A stretch of DNA of 38,950 bases from a virus. Lineage: Duplodnaviria > Caudoviricetes. The stretch spans positions 1-38,950 of the IMG/VR virus record IMGVR_UViG_3300016484_000093; one strand, 5' to 3'. The notes below the pieces were generated by a model, which saw only the letters and a list, made by a program, of their open reading frames with translations, searched no databases and had not been told where the DNA came from. Both the position numbers and the translations under genes were made by a program. How positions within the stretch are numbered: position 1 is the first letter of the stretch; every line of letters begins with the position of its first letter. Positions 24,109 through 33,613 of this stretch are shown piece after piece.

Positions 24109-25188
24109 ATGGCACAGCAATCAATCGTAGGTGGACTATTTGGTTTAACACCAGAAATGTACGTTCAAAACCGTAGTCAACAAGAACTAACACAAGCACG
24201 TCAGTTAGGTCAAGGAATTGGTACATTATCAAATGTCGGTGCATTAGCTGCACAACAAGGACAAATGATTGGACGTGGTGTAGGAGCTTTGTTAGGTGTT
24301 GAAGACCCACAACTACAAATGGTTAGAGATGTCCAAGAAATGCGTAATCAGTTCGATGTCTCAACACCGACTGGGTTACGTGATTTTGCGTCTGCTTTAG
24401 CAGGTAAAGGATATACAGACTTAGCTATTCAAGCATCCGCCAGAGCTGCAGATATTGATAAAGATATTGCTGCTGCTCAAAAAGCCCGTATGGAGCGTAT
24501 TCCTGCAGCACAAGAACAAGCAGATAGAATTAGACTTGCTGAATTAACCGACCAATATGGTCCTGTGGAAGGCGCTCGTAGATTTAGAGAAGAACAATTA
24601 GAAGGTAAGCGTTCTGTCGCTAAAGCAGGTGCGCCTGGAGAACAGCAAGACAAAGAACTGCGAACAGCTCGTGTTAAGAAGTTTACAGAATTGGAAGACA
24701 GAGCAGCCAATGCACAGTCAACTCTACAAACTGTTCAAGACTTTAACAATGTTATTGAAAAGTCATTTACAGGTGTTGGTTCAGGTGCTAAATTAACTGC
24801 TGCTCAAGTTGCAAATGCTTTAGGCGTAACTGTTACAGGAACTAAAGAATCAGAACAGTTAGACCAGTTATTTGCTGCGCTGACAATCGGACAAGCTAAA
24901 AACCTAAAAGGTGCTTTGTCTGATAAAGACGTAAAATTCTTAAAAGAAGCTGTTGGTAATCGTGGTCTAACAAAAGAAACAATTCAAGCTGTTGTTGATA
25001 GAATTGCTAGAGATGCACAGATTGCTGAAAGAACTTATGGTAAAGTTAATCAGTATTATGGCAAAGGTGGCGATATTGCTAAATTTGACTTTGCTGCTGC
25101 TGAAAAAGAAGCAGGTGCAGAAGTAAATGATTTAATTGCAAAACAACGTAGATTGAACGAATTACGTCGTAAACAACAGGGGCAATAA
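24109..25188 (+). CDS. Internal virion / DNA ejection protein
   Basis: Helical A/Q-rich 359-aa protein; gene order. Confidence 0.65.
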   Translation: MAQQSIVGGLFGLTPEMYVQNRSQQELTQARQLGQGIGTLSNVGALAAQQGQMIGRGVGALLGVEDPQLQMVRDVQEMRNQFDVSTPTGLRDFASALAGKGYTDLAIQASARAADIDKDIAAAQKARMERIPAAQEQADRIRLAELTDQYGPVEGARRFREEQLEGKRSVAKAGAPGEQQDKELRTARVKKFTELEDRAANAQSTLQTVQDFNNVIEKSFTGVGSGAKLTAAQVANALGVTVTGTKESEQLDQLFAALTIGQAKNLKGALSDKDVKFLKEAVGNRGLTKETIQAVVDRIARDAQIAERTYGKVNQYYGKGGDIAKFDFAAAEKEAGAEVNDLIAKQRRLNELRRKQQGQ

Positions 25189-25192
25189 CAAC

Positions 25193-27136
25193 ATGGCATT
25201 AACTCCTCAAGAGCAAGAAGAACTTAGTCGTCTTGAAAAAGAACTAGGCGGTAATCCTAACTATGTGTCTGTTTTAGACCCTAATTTCCGTGAACCGACC
25301 TTAGGACAGCAGTTTGGTAAAGCAGTTGTCGAAACTCTTCCTGAATTAGGAGGAATGGTCGGAGGCGCTGTAGGTCTATTAACAGGGCGTAGTCCTCTGG
25401 CAGCTCGTTCAGGCGTATTAGCAGGTCAAGCAGCTATTCGTGGAACTATTGGTGCTGGTTTAGGCGGAGCTACTGGAGAAGCAGCTCAGCAAGCTATTTT
25501 AAATGAACCTAGTTTTATGAATGTAGCTAAAGCTGGTGTTGAGCAAGCTACTTACGATGCTCTTGGTAATTTAGTATTCAATGTTGGCGGTCGTCTTGTA
25601 AACGTAGCACGTAATCAACTACAAGGCTTATTTGGAAATGCTGTTCCTGCAGACCCTAATGTAGCTGCTACACTTGCTGCAGACCGTTTATTAAAAGAGT
25701 CTGGTGGTTTTGGTTTAACACCGTTCCAGTCAACTGGTGGAACTATGTCAGGTATTTCTGAGTCTATTGCTCGTGGCTCGTTTACAGGAAAACCTGTCAT
25801 GATGGCTGCTGAAAAACAAACAGACAAGGCGCTTCAAACAGCAAAAACACGTATTCTTGACGACATTACAACACAAGTATACGACAGTGTTGCTACTGGT
25901 CAGTCTTTTGCTGATAGTATTAAAGCAGGCGATGCTGCTCTTAAAGAAACAGTTCGTCCTTATTATAGAACACTTACACAAATAAGCACAGTTCCTGTTG
26001 ATTTAGTTCCTTTACAGAATCAAGCAAATCAAATCCTAAACAGAGCTGAAAAAGCAGGGGGTTTAACTATTTCTGCTGGAGAGAGAAATCTACTTGCTCA
26101 AATATCAGAAGCTCCTGAAAAGGTTGACTTTGGTGTTGCTCATGAGATTCTATCATCATTTAAGACAAAGCTAAGAGATTTACAAAAAGCATCAGAACCT
26201 GATACTGCATTGGTTGCTCAAACAAAATCTTTTGTTAGTAACTTAGAAAAGCAAATGGATGCTGCAGGAAGTAAATTAAAAGGAAGTGCTATTGATTTTG
26301 AAGGTCGTTTAGCAGAAGACACTAGCAAAACACTGTCTGAGCAATATAAGTTTTATTCTAGTTTATACAGAAATAGTATTCAAGACTTATACACAGACAC
26401 AACTGCGAAACTACTTACAAAAGACCCTGAGTTTGTTGGTAAAAACATTTTTGCTTCTGGCAATGTTACTGCGTTCAAAGAAATGCAACAATCTTTGTCA
26501 AGAGCAAAACAGTTAAACAAAGAATTAGATGTAGATAGCACTATTAATAGTGTCCGTCGTGGCTATGTTGAAAATCTATTAAAGTCTGAAAATTCTTTAT
26601 CAACATTGGGTCAAAAAATCGATAGTGATGAAACTGTTCGTAGAACTTTTGAATCTGTATTGACTAAAGAACAGCAAGGCAACGTAAAACGATTATTAAA
26701 AGCAGCTGAGTTATCCGCTGTTAAGCCAACAGCGGACGCTCCGTTGTTTTTTGCTGCACAACAAGCACAAGCAGTAGGGACGCTAGGCGGAGGTCTTTTA
26801 GTTGTTTTAAATCCAGACGCACAAAAAGTAGCTGCAGATAATCCAGGATGGGCATCCCTTGCCGCAGGAACTATGTTATTTGGACCTAGATTTATTGCTA
26901 AATCAATAACTAATCCAAAAGCAACTAACGCTGCTATATCGTTAGTAAAAGCACAAGAACAAGGCGCTGTTACAGGTCCTTTATTCTTAAAAGCAATTAA
27001 AGCGTTTGAGCAAGCAGGTATTACAGCTGAAGATTTATTACAGTCGACCTCAGAGCAAAAAACAAACGCTCCTGTAGGACTAACGCCTGCAGAACAAGAA
27101 GAACTTAAGAAATTAGAGCAGGAACTTGGACGATGA
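25193..27136 (+). CDS. Large internal virion / DNA ejection protein
   Basis: 647 aa with Gly-rich hydrophobic segments; last gene before the lysis module. Confidence 0.65.
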   Translation: MALTPQEQEELSRLEKELGGNPNYVSVLDPNFREPTLGQQFGKAVVETLPELGGMVGGAVGLLTGRSPLAARSGVLAGQAAIRGTIGAGLGGATGEAAQQAILNEPSFMNVAKAGVEQATYDALGNLVFNVGGRLVNVARNQLQGLFGNAVPADPNVAATLAADRLLKESGGFGLTPFQSTGGTMSGISESIARGSFTGKPVMMAAEKQTDKALQTAKTRILDDITTQVYDSVATGQSFADSIKAGDAALKETVRPYYRTLTQISTVPVDLVPLQNQANQILNRAEKAGGLTISAGERNLLAQISEAPEKVDFGVAHEILSSFKTKLRDLQKASEPDTALVAQTKSFVSNLEKQMDAAGSKLKGSAIDFEGRLAEDTSKTLSEQYKFYSSLYRNSIQDLYTDTTAKLLTKDPEFVGKNIFASGNVTAFKEMQQSLSRAKQLNKELDVDSTINSVRRGYVENLLKSENSLSTLGQKIDSDETVRRTFESVLTKEQQGNVKRLLKAAELSAVKPTADAPLFFAAQQAQAVGTLGGGLLVVLNPDAQKVAADNPGWASLAAGTMLFGPRFIAKSITNPKATNAAISLVKAQEQGAVTGPLFLKAIKAFEQAGITAEDLLQSTSEQKTNAPVGLTPAEQEELKKLEQELGR

Positions 27137-27600
27137 TTGAAGCAGTCTTATCCTTCCTAGGCGGTTCAGCCTTCCGTATGATTTGGGGTGAAGTTTCATC
27201 CTTCTTTGTACGGAAGCAAGAACACGCTCAAGAAATAGAACGTATGTCGCTACAGGCTGAGTTGGATGACAAAGCCCATGCACGTAATCTTGAATCTTTA
27301 CGCTTACAAGCTGAGCTAGGCATCAAAGAAGTTCAAGTCAAAGCAGACGCTGAAGTTGCTGTCGAAGAAGCTGTAGCGTTCACAGAAGCTATTAAACAGT
27401 CTTATAAGCCTAGTGGCGTTGCTTGGATTGATGCTTGGAATGCTTCTATACGTCCTCAATACGCTGAAGTAGCGCTGATTCTGTGGGTGTTTAAGCTCTG
27501 GCAACAGTCTTTCGTTATGGACAGCTTTGACATCGGTTTAATGGCTGTTATAGCAGGTTATTTCTTCGCTGATAGAACTCTACGCAGACTTCAAAAGTGA
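27133..27600 (+). CDS. Putative holin (3TM/GTA-holin-like)
   Basis: Hydrophobic segments, SIRP and YFFADRT motifs; adjacent to the lysozyme gene. Confidence 0.65.
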   Translation: MIEAVLSFLGGSAFRMIWGEVSSFFVRKQEHAQEIERMSLQAELDDKAHARNLESLRLQAELGIKEVQVKADAEVAVEEAVAFTEAIKQSYKPSGVAWIDAWNASIRPQYAEVALILWVFKLWQQSFVMDSFDIGLMAVIAGYFFADRTLRRLQK

Positions 27601-28043
27601 TAACTCAAGAAGCCTTGTCTCTCATAAAGTATTTTGAGGGCTTTAGGTCTAAGCCATATCTCTGTAGTGCAGGTGTTCCGACTATAGGGTACGGCTCTAC
27701 TTTTTACAAAGATGGTACGAAAGTTACTCTAAATGACAGAGAAATTGATATTCGCATGGCAACTGAGTTGCTGGATTATACGCTTAGTACTGTCTTTATC
27801 CCTGCTGTGCTGCGCTTATGTCCTGTTTTGGCTACTCAGCCGAATAAACTGGGTGCTATTGTATCTTTTACTTATAACCTTGGTGCTGGTAATCTAAGAA
27901 ACAGTACACTTCGTAGACGCATTAACGAAGAAAAGTGGGAAGAAGCTGCTAATGAATTGCTAAAATGGAACTTAGCAAGCGGTAAAGTCAATCGAGGACT
28001 GCAAAGACGCAGAGAAGCCGAAAGAGCTTTGTTCCTGTCATAA
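27597..28043 (+). CDS. Endolysin, GH24 phage lysozyme
   Basis: LIKYFEG...PYLCSAGVPTIGYG, SFTYNLG and GLQRRREAE motifs. Confidence 0.95.
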   Translation: MITQEALSLIKYFEGFRSKPYLCSAGVPTIGYGSTFYKDGTKVTLNDREIDIRMATELLDYTLSTVFIPAVLRLCPVLATQPNKLGAIVSFTYNLGAGNLRNSTLRRRINEEKWEEAANELLKWNLASGKVNRGLQRRREAERALFLS

Positions 28044-28064
28044 AAAAACCCCTCCGAAGAGGGG
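28042..28064 (-). terminator. Intrinsic terminator where the two arms converge
   Basis: Minus strand CCCCTC-TTCG-GAGGGG-TTTTTTT. Confidence 0.9.
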
Positions 28065-28091
28065 CTATAAAGTACAACACACAAGGAAGGA

Positions 28092-29996
28092 TTATATTGA
28101 GCAACCGCCTGCGGTACAGCTTAACATCTGCGCACCTTCGACGTTGTCATCGAATTCCGTAAATGAATCCCAATTAACGCCTTCTGGCTGTTTAGCTTTT
28201 AGTTCTTCGTACTGTCGCTCATCTATTTCTTCGTAAGGAGCTTGTTGATATGTATGCTCTGAATAAGGAAGGAAAGATACTCCAGTTACCTCATCAAAAT
28301 GCTCATATACCCATGCGCCTACTTTCATCCACTCATCTTCACGAACACTGATAGTTACAGAAGGTTTATGTTCTGTGTAGTGTCTTTGATAAGTCAACCA
28401 AAGTTTAAGATGTTTTACAGCATCAAAATGCTCTCGAAGAACAGCGCCGTCAGCTACCTTGACAGGGAAGCTAAATACAGTCGTTGAATCAGGCTTCATT
28501 ACACATGGTTCTGCAACGAAACCAGACTGAATCATAAACTGTGTTAAAGGGTCTTTGTTATCAGCCCGTACCCGACGAATATAATATTTGCTGTGCTGAG
28601 GATGAATACCACTAGCAGTACTGCAAAGTTGCGATACTGTTCCTTCAGGTTTAATAGCTGTGACAGCAACAGATTGATTAATGCCAATAGCAGCAGCAAA
28701 CTCGATATTTGTAGTAACAGCAACATCTCTCAATCTCTCCAATCTAGCAGGTAAATCAGGGTCATCAGGATTGTTTAGAAGATGATTGTCTAGGATACCT
28801 GTCATTGATACGCCCAATAACGCTTCTTCTTCAGTGTTCTTTTGCCATACTTTACGAAGATATGGGAAGTTCGTTAACGACGCTTGGAAAGTACCAAGAA
28901 TAGTCGCAATACGGATTTTACGCTCCAATGTAGCCATATCATCATCGCTACGAACAATACAGCTAGATAGATTACAGAACTGATAAGGACGGAGAATAAT
29001 TTCGCTGCAGGGATTCGTGCCATACGCATAAGTAGCGTCCCTGCGACCGTTCTTCGCTGCTTGTTTCTGTGACGCATCACGATTGAAAATACCTCGCTCA
29101 CCAGAGTGTGATTCATAAATAGAAGACCATTCACGCATGAATTGACCGATGCTTGGACGCTCTTCATAGACTGCAGAGTTGTTTGCCAATGCACGTTGAC
29201 CTTGACCTTCCCACCATGAACCTGCTTTAGCGTGTGCCATAGCATCGTCACCGAGGTCAGACAAAGAAATCATTGCGCTTCGTCGTACTCCACCCACAAC
29301 AACAACTTCCCCGATTTTGCACAGAATATCATGGCATTCGAGGGAACTGAGACGGCGACCTGTTGCTCCTTTAAATTTGGCGATACAGAACTTAAAAAGG
29401 TCTTCCAAAGGTTTAGGTCCAGAAGCTCGTCCTCCAAAGGTTTTAAGTCTTGCTCCAGCTGGTCTAACCTTGGATACGTCAATCCTTGGAATCTCGCCAG
29501 AGTACAAAAGAGCGATGAGCTGTCGAAGTGATTTAGCCCATCCTTCTTTAGAATCCGACACAACAATAGTAGTTTCACTATTAAACAACTGCTCTGGCAC
29601 TTCAGGTAACTTATTAACATACTGTTTCTCCACTGAGAAGCCAACACCTGTACCACACAACAAGATGTACATTGCTTCATCGAATGCTTTAGGGTCATCA
29701 ATAGGTAAGTATGAGCAGTTAAATGCAGCGACATTCTGACGCTCTAGCGCAGGTCCTGCAGTCATAATTGCTCGCATTGATGGCATTACTTCTAAATTGT
29801 TTACTGCTGATTCTAGCTCTTCTCTAAGAGCGTTAGTTAAGTGATAACCTTGTTTGTCGGCTAAGTGTTTAGCCATGAAGTCAAAGTAGCGCTTCACTGT
29901 TTCGTTCCAGTGTTCACGACGACCTTGGTCATCTAGGTAGCGTGAATATCTACTTTTAGCAATGAACGTATTGTACGGTGTCATTTTATATGACAT
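28092..29996 (-). CDS. nrdJ: Class II (adenosylcobalamin-dependent) ribonucleotide reductase
   Basis: MPSMR, FNCS, GGVRRSA, TNPCSEI, FCNL and KPEGT motifs; C-terminal CTAGGC; no small-subunit gene nearby. Confidence 0.93.
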   Translation of the reverse strand: MSYKMTPYNTFIAKSRYSRYLDDQGRREHWNETVKRYFDFMAKHLADKQGYHLTNALREELESAVNNLEVMPSMRAIMTAGPALERQNVAAFNCSYLPIDDPKAFDEAMYILLCGTGVGFSVEKQYVNKLPEVPEQLFNSETTIVVSDSKEGWAKSLRQLIALLYSGEIPRIDVSKVRPAGARLKTFGGRASGPKPLEDLFKFCIAKFKGATGRRLSSLECHDILCKIGEVVVVGGVRRSAMISLSDLGDDAMAHAKAGSWWEGQGQRALANNSAVYEERPSIGQFMREWSSIYESHSGERGIFNRDASQKQAAKNGRRDATYAYGTNPCSEIILRPYQFCNLSSCIVRSDDDMATLERKIRIATILGTFQASLTNFPYLRKVWQKNTEEEALLGVSMTGILDNHLLNNPDDPDLPARLERLRDVAVTTNIEFAAAIGINQSVAVTAIKPEGTVSQLCSTASGIHPQHSKYYIRRVRADNKDPLTQFMIQSGFVAEPCVMKPDSTTVFSFPVKVADGAVLREHFDAVKHLKLWLTYQRHYTEHKPSVTISVREDEWMKVGAWVYEHFDEVTGVSFLPYSEHTYQQAPYEEIDERQYEELKAKQPEGVNWDSFTEFDDNVEGAQMLSCTAGGCSI

Positions 29997-30151
29997 TATC
30001 TAACCTCTTTTTCTAATTTGTCTGCGTTATCCTCAATCTTGTCGCTAAACATCTCGACAAGGTCCTCAGAAGTAATGTCCAACAACTCTAGCAGAGTAAT
30101 CTCGTCTAATTCCTTAAGTCGTTCTTTAATCTCGTGCAACAGAAGTGGCAT
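29996..30151 (-). CDS. Small acidic hypothetical protein (51 aa)
   Basis: MPLLLHEIKERLKELDEITLLELLDITSEDLVEMFSDKIEDNADKLEKEVR*; TAATG-coupled to nrdJ. Confidence 0.8.
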   Translation of the reverse strand: MPLLLHEIKERLKELDEITLLELLDITSEDLVEMFSDKIEDNADKLEKEVR

Positions 30152-30491
30152 TCTTCTCTTCCTTTTCAATCAAATATGATAAGTAATGTTGTGCCTTTTT
30201 CAAATCCTCCAATCCGTTTTTGTATCTCCATCGAAGTAAATATTTTAACACATTTCCTTCATAGTAGTTTAGTTCCCAAGTGTCGATAATATCCCAAGGC
30301 TGGTAAGGTTTTCCTTTGTAATGATTTCCGCCAACTTGTTGATTTTTAACGGAAAAAGTATCACCAGGGTCTTCACAGCCTAAGTTTGGCATCACAATTG
30401 GACCGCTAGTGTAGCACATATTTCGTTCTTTGTCAACTCGCTGTTGATATTCTCTGTAAGCGTCTTGTAAGGTCTTGAATTCATTACTCAT
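30126..30491 (-). CDS. DUF3310 (T7 gp1.7-like putative nucleotide kinase)
   Basis: QVGGNHY...GNVLKYL.R...KNGLEDLKKA.HYL. Confidence 0.85.
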   Translation of the reverse strand: MSNEFKTLQDAYREYQQRVDKERNMCYTSGPIVMPNLGCEDPGDTFSVKNQQVGGNHYKGKPYQPWDIIDTWELNYYEGNVLKYLLRWRYKNGLEDLKKAQHYLSYLIEKEEKNATSVARD

Positions 30492-31228
30492 TATGCTGCC
30501 CTCTTAATCTCCGTTGTCTTGCTAAGTGCTTTCGTAGATTGCGACCACGTCCCGCAGGCTCTGCACTGGTATCGCTGATACACGCCTGATGCGCTAATAG
30601 CAGTTCCACGCTTCTGTATCTTCGGCGAAGCACACGTTGGACATACGTGTTCGTCACTAAACACATTCTGATTAGGATGCGATTGAATCCAAGGCAGAAG
30701 TTTATGATAAAGTTTTTCCAGTAATACGACATCTTGGACATTGTATTTCTCCATTGTTTGCCATGCTTCAGCGTCTTTGTTCATACACTTAAGCCATAGT
30801 TCAAAGCCTTCATGCGATTCTTTCTTACCTAAACCAAGCTGTTGTGAGACATGGTCTAGTTTATTAGAAGCAAAGCGAAAGTTGCGCCTAACAGTACGGA
30901 GTAAGTCAATACTCTTATAAGGTGATGGTGGAGTAAGACCACATAAGAGGAATTCCTTGTTAAGTACAGGAAGGTCGAACTTATTGCCATTATAAGTAAT
31001 AACAGCGTCTGCCATGTTGAGAAGTGCATGAATGCCTTTCAGCATAGATTTATGCTTACTGTTGTAGATTGAGTCGAAGAAGATTTCGTCATCGTCAGTC
31101 CACTTAGCTGTGTAGCACAGAACCTTTGATGTGTCAATCATCTGATTTAGACCGATGTTCTGGTCGTATAAGCCCCAGACATACGCTGACATAGGGCTTG
31201 TTTCGATGTCCAAAAGAAGTATCTTCAT
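30491..31228 (-). CDS. DnaQ/RNase H-like 3'-5' exonuclease with C-terminal zinc ribbon
   Basis: LDIET, YNGNKFD and YNVQDV motifs; CPTC...CRAC. Confidence 0.88.
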   Translation of the reverse strand: MKILLLDIETSPMSAYVWGLYDQNIGLNQMIDTSKVLCYTAKWTDDDEIFFDSIYNSKHKSMLKGIHALLNMADAVITYNGNKFDLPVLNKEFLLCGLTPPSPYKSIDLLRTVRRNFRFASNKLDHVSQQLGLGKKESHEGFELWLKCMNKDAEAWQTMEKYNVQDVVLLEKLYHKLLPWIQSHPNQNVFSDEHVCPTCASPKIQKRGTAISASGVYQRYQCRACGTWSQSTKALSKTTEIKRAA

Positions 31229-31230
31229 GA

Positions 31231-31485
31231 TTACTCCAAGTCAGTTAGCGTATATTGCTCTGAACGGAAATCACTGACACCATACTTATCTAAGAAACGA
31301 ATCTTCTCACGAACATCGTAACCGTAGATAGTGCTTAAGAACTCTGCAAAGTCTAATAAAGGGCTTGTCCACGATGTATCGTCATCATAACAAACACGCA
31401 TACTTACGTCTTTGCTTGCAGGATACGGACCATTATCGTCACGTTCTTGTGCTTCAAAAGTAAATGTAAAGTATTGCTTACTCAT
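31231..31485 (-). CDS. Hypothetical protein
   Basis: 84-aa ORF with GGAGG ribosome-binding site. Confidence 0.75.
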   Translation of the reverse strand: MSKQYFTFTFEAQERDDNGPYPASKDVSMRVCYDDDTSWTSPLLDFAEFLSTIYGYDVREKIRFLDKYGVSDFRSEQYTLTDLE

Positions 31486-31661
31486 TAGTGATTACCTCCT
31501 TCAGGTTTATTGTTTGCTACAATTTGCAATAACGTATCTACTTGATTGCGTAGATATTGATTCTCAGCTTCTAAACGACTTGTCCTATCTTGACAGATAC
31601 GAAGAGATTCTCTGAGATACTGAGTGTCTAATCTAATCTTATCTAAGTGGTCTTCAATCAT
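31485..31661 (-). CDS. Small coiled-coil protein (58 aa)
   Basis: MIEDHLDKIRLD...LEAENQYLRNQV...GGNH*; overlapping start/stop codons at both ends. Confidence 0.75.
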   Translation of the reverse strand: MIEDHLDKIRLDTQYLRESLRICQDRTSRLEAENQYLRNQVDTLLQIVANNKPEGGNH

Positions 31662-31990
31662 TTCGTCACCAAATCTAAGAAGTGTTCTGCATCGACAATA
31701 ACTAGCGGTTTACTATGATTCTGTTTAATAAAGACAACAGGTTGGTGTTTACCGTGCTGTTGTGCTTGACTATAATAGTTGTAAACTGCAATCTTTGCCA
31801 TGTTTTTACATTCTATTTGATACGGGAATAACTTTCTAGCAGCAGGACTAAGTTGAACGTCTTCACCACCAGCGCCCATCGAAGTTGACTTAATGTCGTC
31901 TTGTTCGAGTTGCTGAAGTCTTGCGAGTAGTGCGTCTCTGACCCACTTTTGCAGGTTTCTTCCCTTTGCTTTTGCTGACTGTGGTTTCAT
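31658..31990 (-). CDS. PD-(D/E)XK nuclease, probable Holliday junction resolvase
   Basis: SAKAKGR...GEDV...IECKN...PVVFIKQN. Confidence 0.8.
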   Translation of the reverse strand: MKPQSAKAKGRNLQKWVRDALLARLQQLEQDDIKSTSMGAGGEDVQLSPAARKLFPYQIECKNMAKIAVYNYYSQAQQHGKHQPVVFIKQNHSKPLVIVDAEHFLDLVTK

Positions 31991-32252
31991 TCTTTTCCTC
32001 TAACTCTTCCTGAATAATCCAACGCTTCGGAATACTGATAACATTGTTGCACATATTGTCGCTGACTGTTCCTGCGACACAGATACCTTCTTCGTCTTCT
32101 GCGACTAGAAAGCCTACTGTGACACACTTTGCCAAGTCTACTTTAGGCTTTTCCCATCCTGCATCAGCCTGTGCATCAATCCAGGTAATCTTCACAATCG
32201 GTGCAGACTCCTGTAACTTCTCTAAGTTTAATGTTATTTCGGTGGTTGCCAC
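31890..32252 (-). CDS. Hypothetical phage protein
   Basis: V.ITWIDA...W...TVGFLV...IP motif; GTG at 32252 after AAGGA preferred as the start. Confidence 0.7.
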   Translation of the reverse strand: MATTEITLNLEKLQESAPIVKITWIDAQADAGWEKPKVDLAKCVTVGFLVAEDEEGICVAGTVSDNMCNNVISIPKRWIIQEELEEKNETTVSKSKGKKPAKVGQRRTTRKTSATRTRRH

Positions 32253-32911
32253 AACTGTCCTTTCTCTCTTTGAAGCCACAAGAGTTGTCCATTTTCAAGC
32301 ACTCTAGCGGTATCGTTATCATACGCTTTCAGAACTGCTTCGTACAGTTCCTGCTCAGTTTTACAATCTTTGAGTAACTTAGCAGCTTTCACAGGACCAA
32401 TACCTTTGATACCTTTTACGTTGTCGATTCTATCGCCAGTGAGAATCTGTGTGTAAAAGCTCACAAGACCTGCAAACTCTGGCACATAGTATTTTTCTTT
32501 CTTGCGATAGTTGTAGTGATGACCACGAAGCTGATTCAAATCCTTATCTATATGAACCATTACTGATTCATCTTCGGGGACTGCATAGGCTTCGATTGCT
32601 ACTGCATCATCGGCTTCAATATCTTCAACAACGACAAAGCCCCAAGAGTTTACTAAATGGTCTCTCAGGGCTTGGTAGTGTATTGGCTTGTCTGCTACTC
32701 GCTGACCTTTGTATGGTGCTGTGACTGCGATGTCATAACGAAAGTTGCCTTTACCCGTTAGGAAGCCTTTGTAATCGTCGCAGTCTAAGTCCATACACAA
32801 CTCAATCATTGTTGCTTCAAGACGTGATATAGCGTAAGGTTCTTCTGTATCGTTAGAAGAAAACCCTACAGCGTATATCAAGCTATCAGCGTCAATGAGA
32901 GCAGTTATCAC
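32234..32911 (-). CDS. 5'-3' exonuclease (T7 gp6-like)
   Basis: IDADS, YKGQR, EADD, DKDL and GDRIDNVKGIKGIG motifs. Confidence 0.93.
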   Translation of the reverse strand: MITALIDADSLIYAVGFSSNDTEEPYAISRLEATMIELCMDLDCDDYKGFLTGKGNFRYDIAVTAPYKGQRVADKPIHYQALRDHLVNSWGFVVVEDIEADDAVAIEAYAVPEDESVMVHIDKDLNQLRGHHYNYRKKEKYYVPEFAGLVSFYTQILTGDRIDNVKGIKGIGPVKAAKLLKDCKTEQELYEAVLKAYDNDTARVLENGQLLWLQREKGQLWQPPK

Positions 32912-33324
32912 AGGATGTCGTCGTCAGAGTCGTCAGAAGCTGAAGCACCATCTTCATTGTATTTGACTAAGTCTGTAATAACAATCTTAGCCAACGAAGC
33001 TGATACGCCTTCCTTGTTTTTCCACTTCCAAGAATAAGGCTTAATCAATGCTACAGCCTTAGAGCCGTTGCCAACAATCTCTTTGATTTCCTTACCATCG
33101 TTATCGTAAGGTTGGATAGCGTAGTTTGACTTAACTGTCAAGAACCACCCCTTCTCAGGCTTGTCTTCACGCTTACGTGGTGCAAGACCCATCTCTTCGA
33201 GAGCCTTCACAGCGCCATCCGATAGATTGCACAAGTCAGCTTGGAACTTACCTGACATTTCGTTAGGCTTGTCAAAGAAAGCCCACATAACTTCTGCTTG
33301 AATCTTCACTGGTTTCATTTCCAT
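32908..33324 (-). CDS. Single-stranded DNA-binding protein (T7 gp2.5-like)
   Basis: VGNGS motif; acidic C-terminal tail DDSDDDIL; position within the replisome. Confidence 0.75.
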   Translation of the reverse strand: MEMKPVKIQAEVMWAFFDKPNEMSGKFQADLCNLSDGAVKALEEMGLAPRKREDKPEKGWFLTVKSNYAIQPYDNDGKEIKEIVGNGSKAVALIKPYSWKWKNKEGVSASLAKIVITDLVKYNEDGASASDDSDDDIL

Positions 33325-33409
33325 TACTTCTCCTTATCTACTGCGTTAATAAAAGTACTACTTCTTAAATATATCACAAAACACCGTCCGCACATTCCAC
33401 ATTATGAAA

Positions 33410-33613
33410 TTAATGCAGGTGTCCAGATTCAAAGTCATCAATTCCTTCTAAGTCTCCGTCTTCAAGGTCTTGCAAAGCAGTCTGAATTAACTCATGTGTT
33501 TCTGCCATGTCCATTGACGTTCTAATGACGTAAGTACCATCATTATAAGCGTGAATAGCTACTAAACCGTATAGGTTCTCCATTGTCTTTTCGTCATCTA
33601 AATCGTCAAACAT
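33410..33613 (-). CDS. Small acidic hypothetical protein
   Basis: 67 aa; TAATG-coupled to the polymerase. Confidence 0.7.
   Translation of the reverse strand: MFDDLDDEKTMENLYGLVAIHAYNDGTYVIRTSMDMAETHELIQTALQDLEDGDLEGIDDFESGHLH

Noticed and set aside
33325-33409. Possible tRNA or ncRNA in the intergenic gap
   Set aside because: No cloverleaf, T-loop motif or convincing stem.
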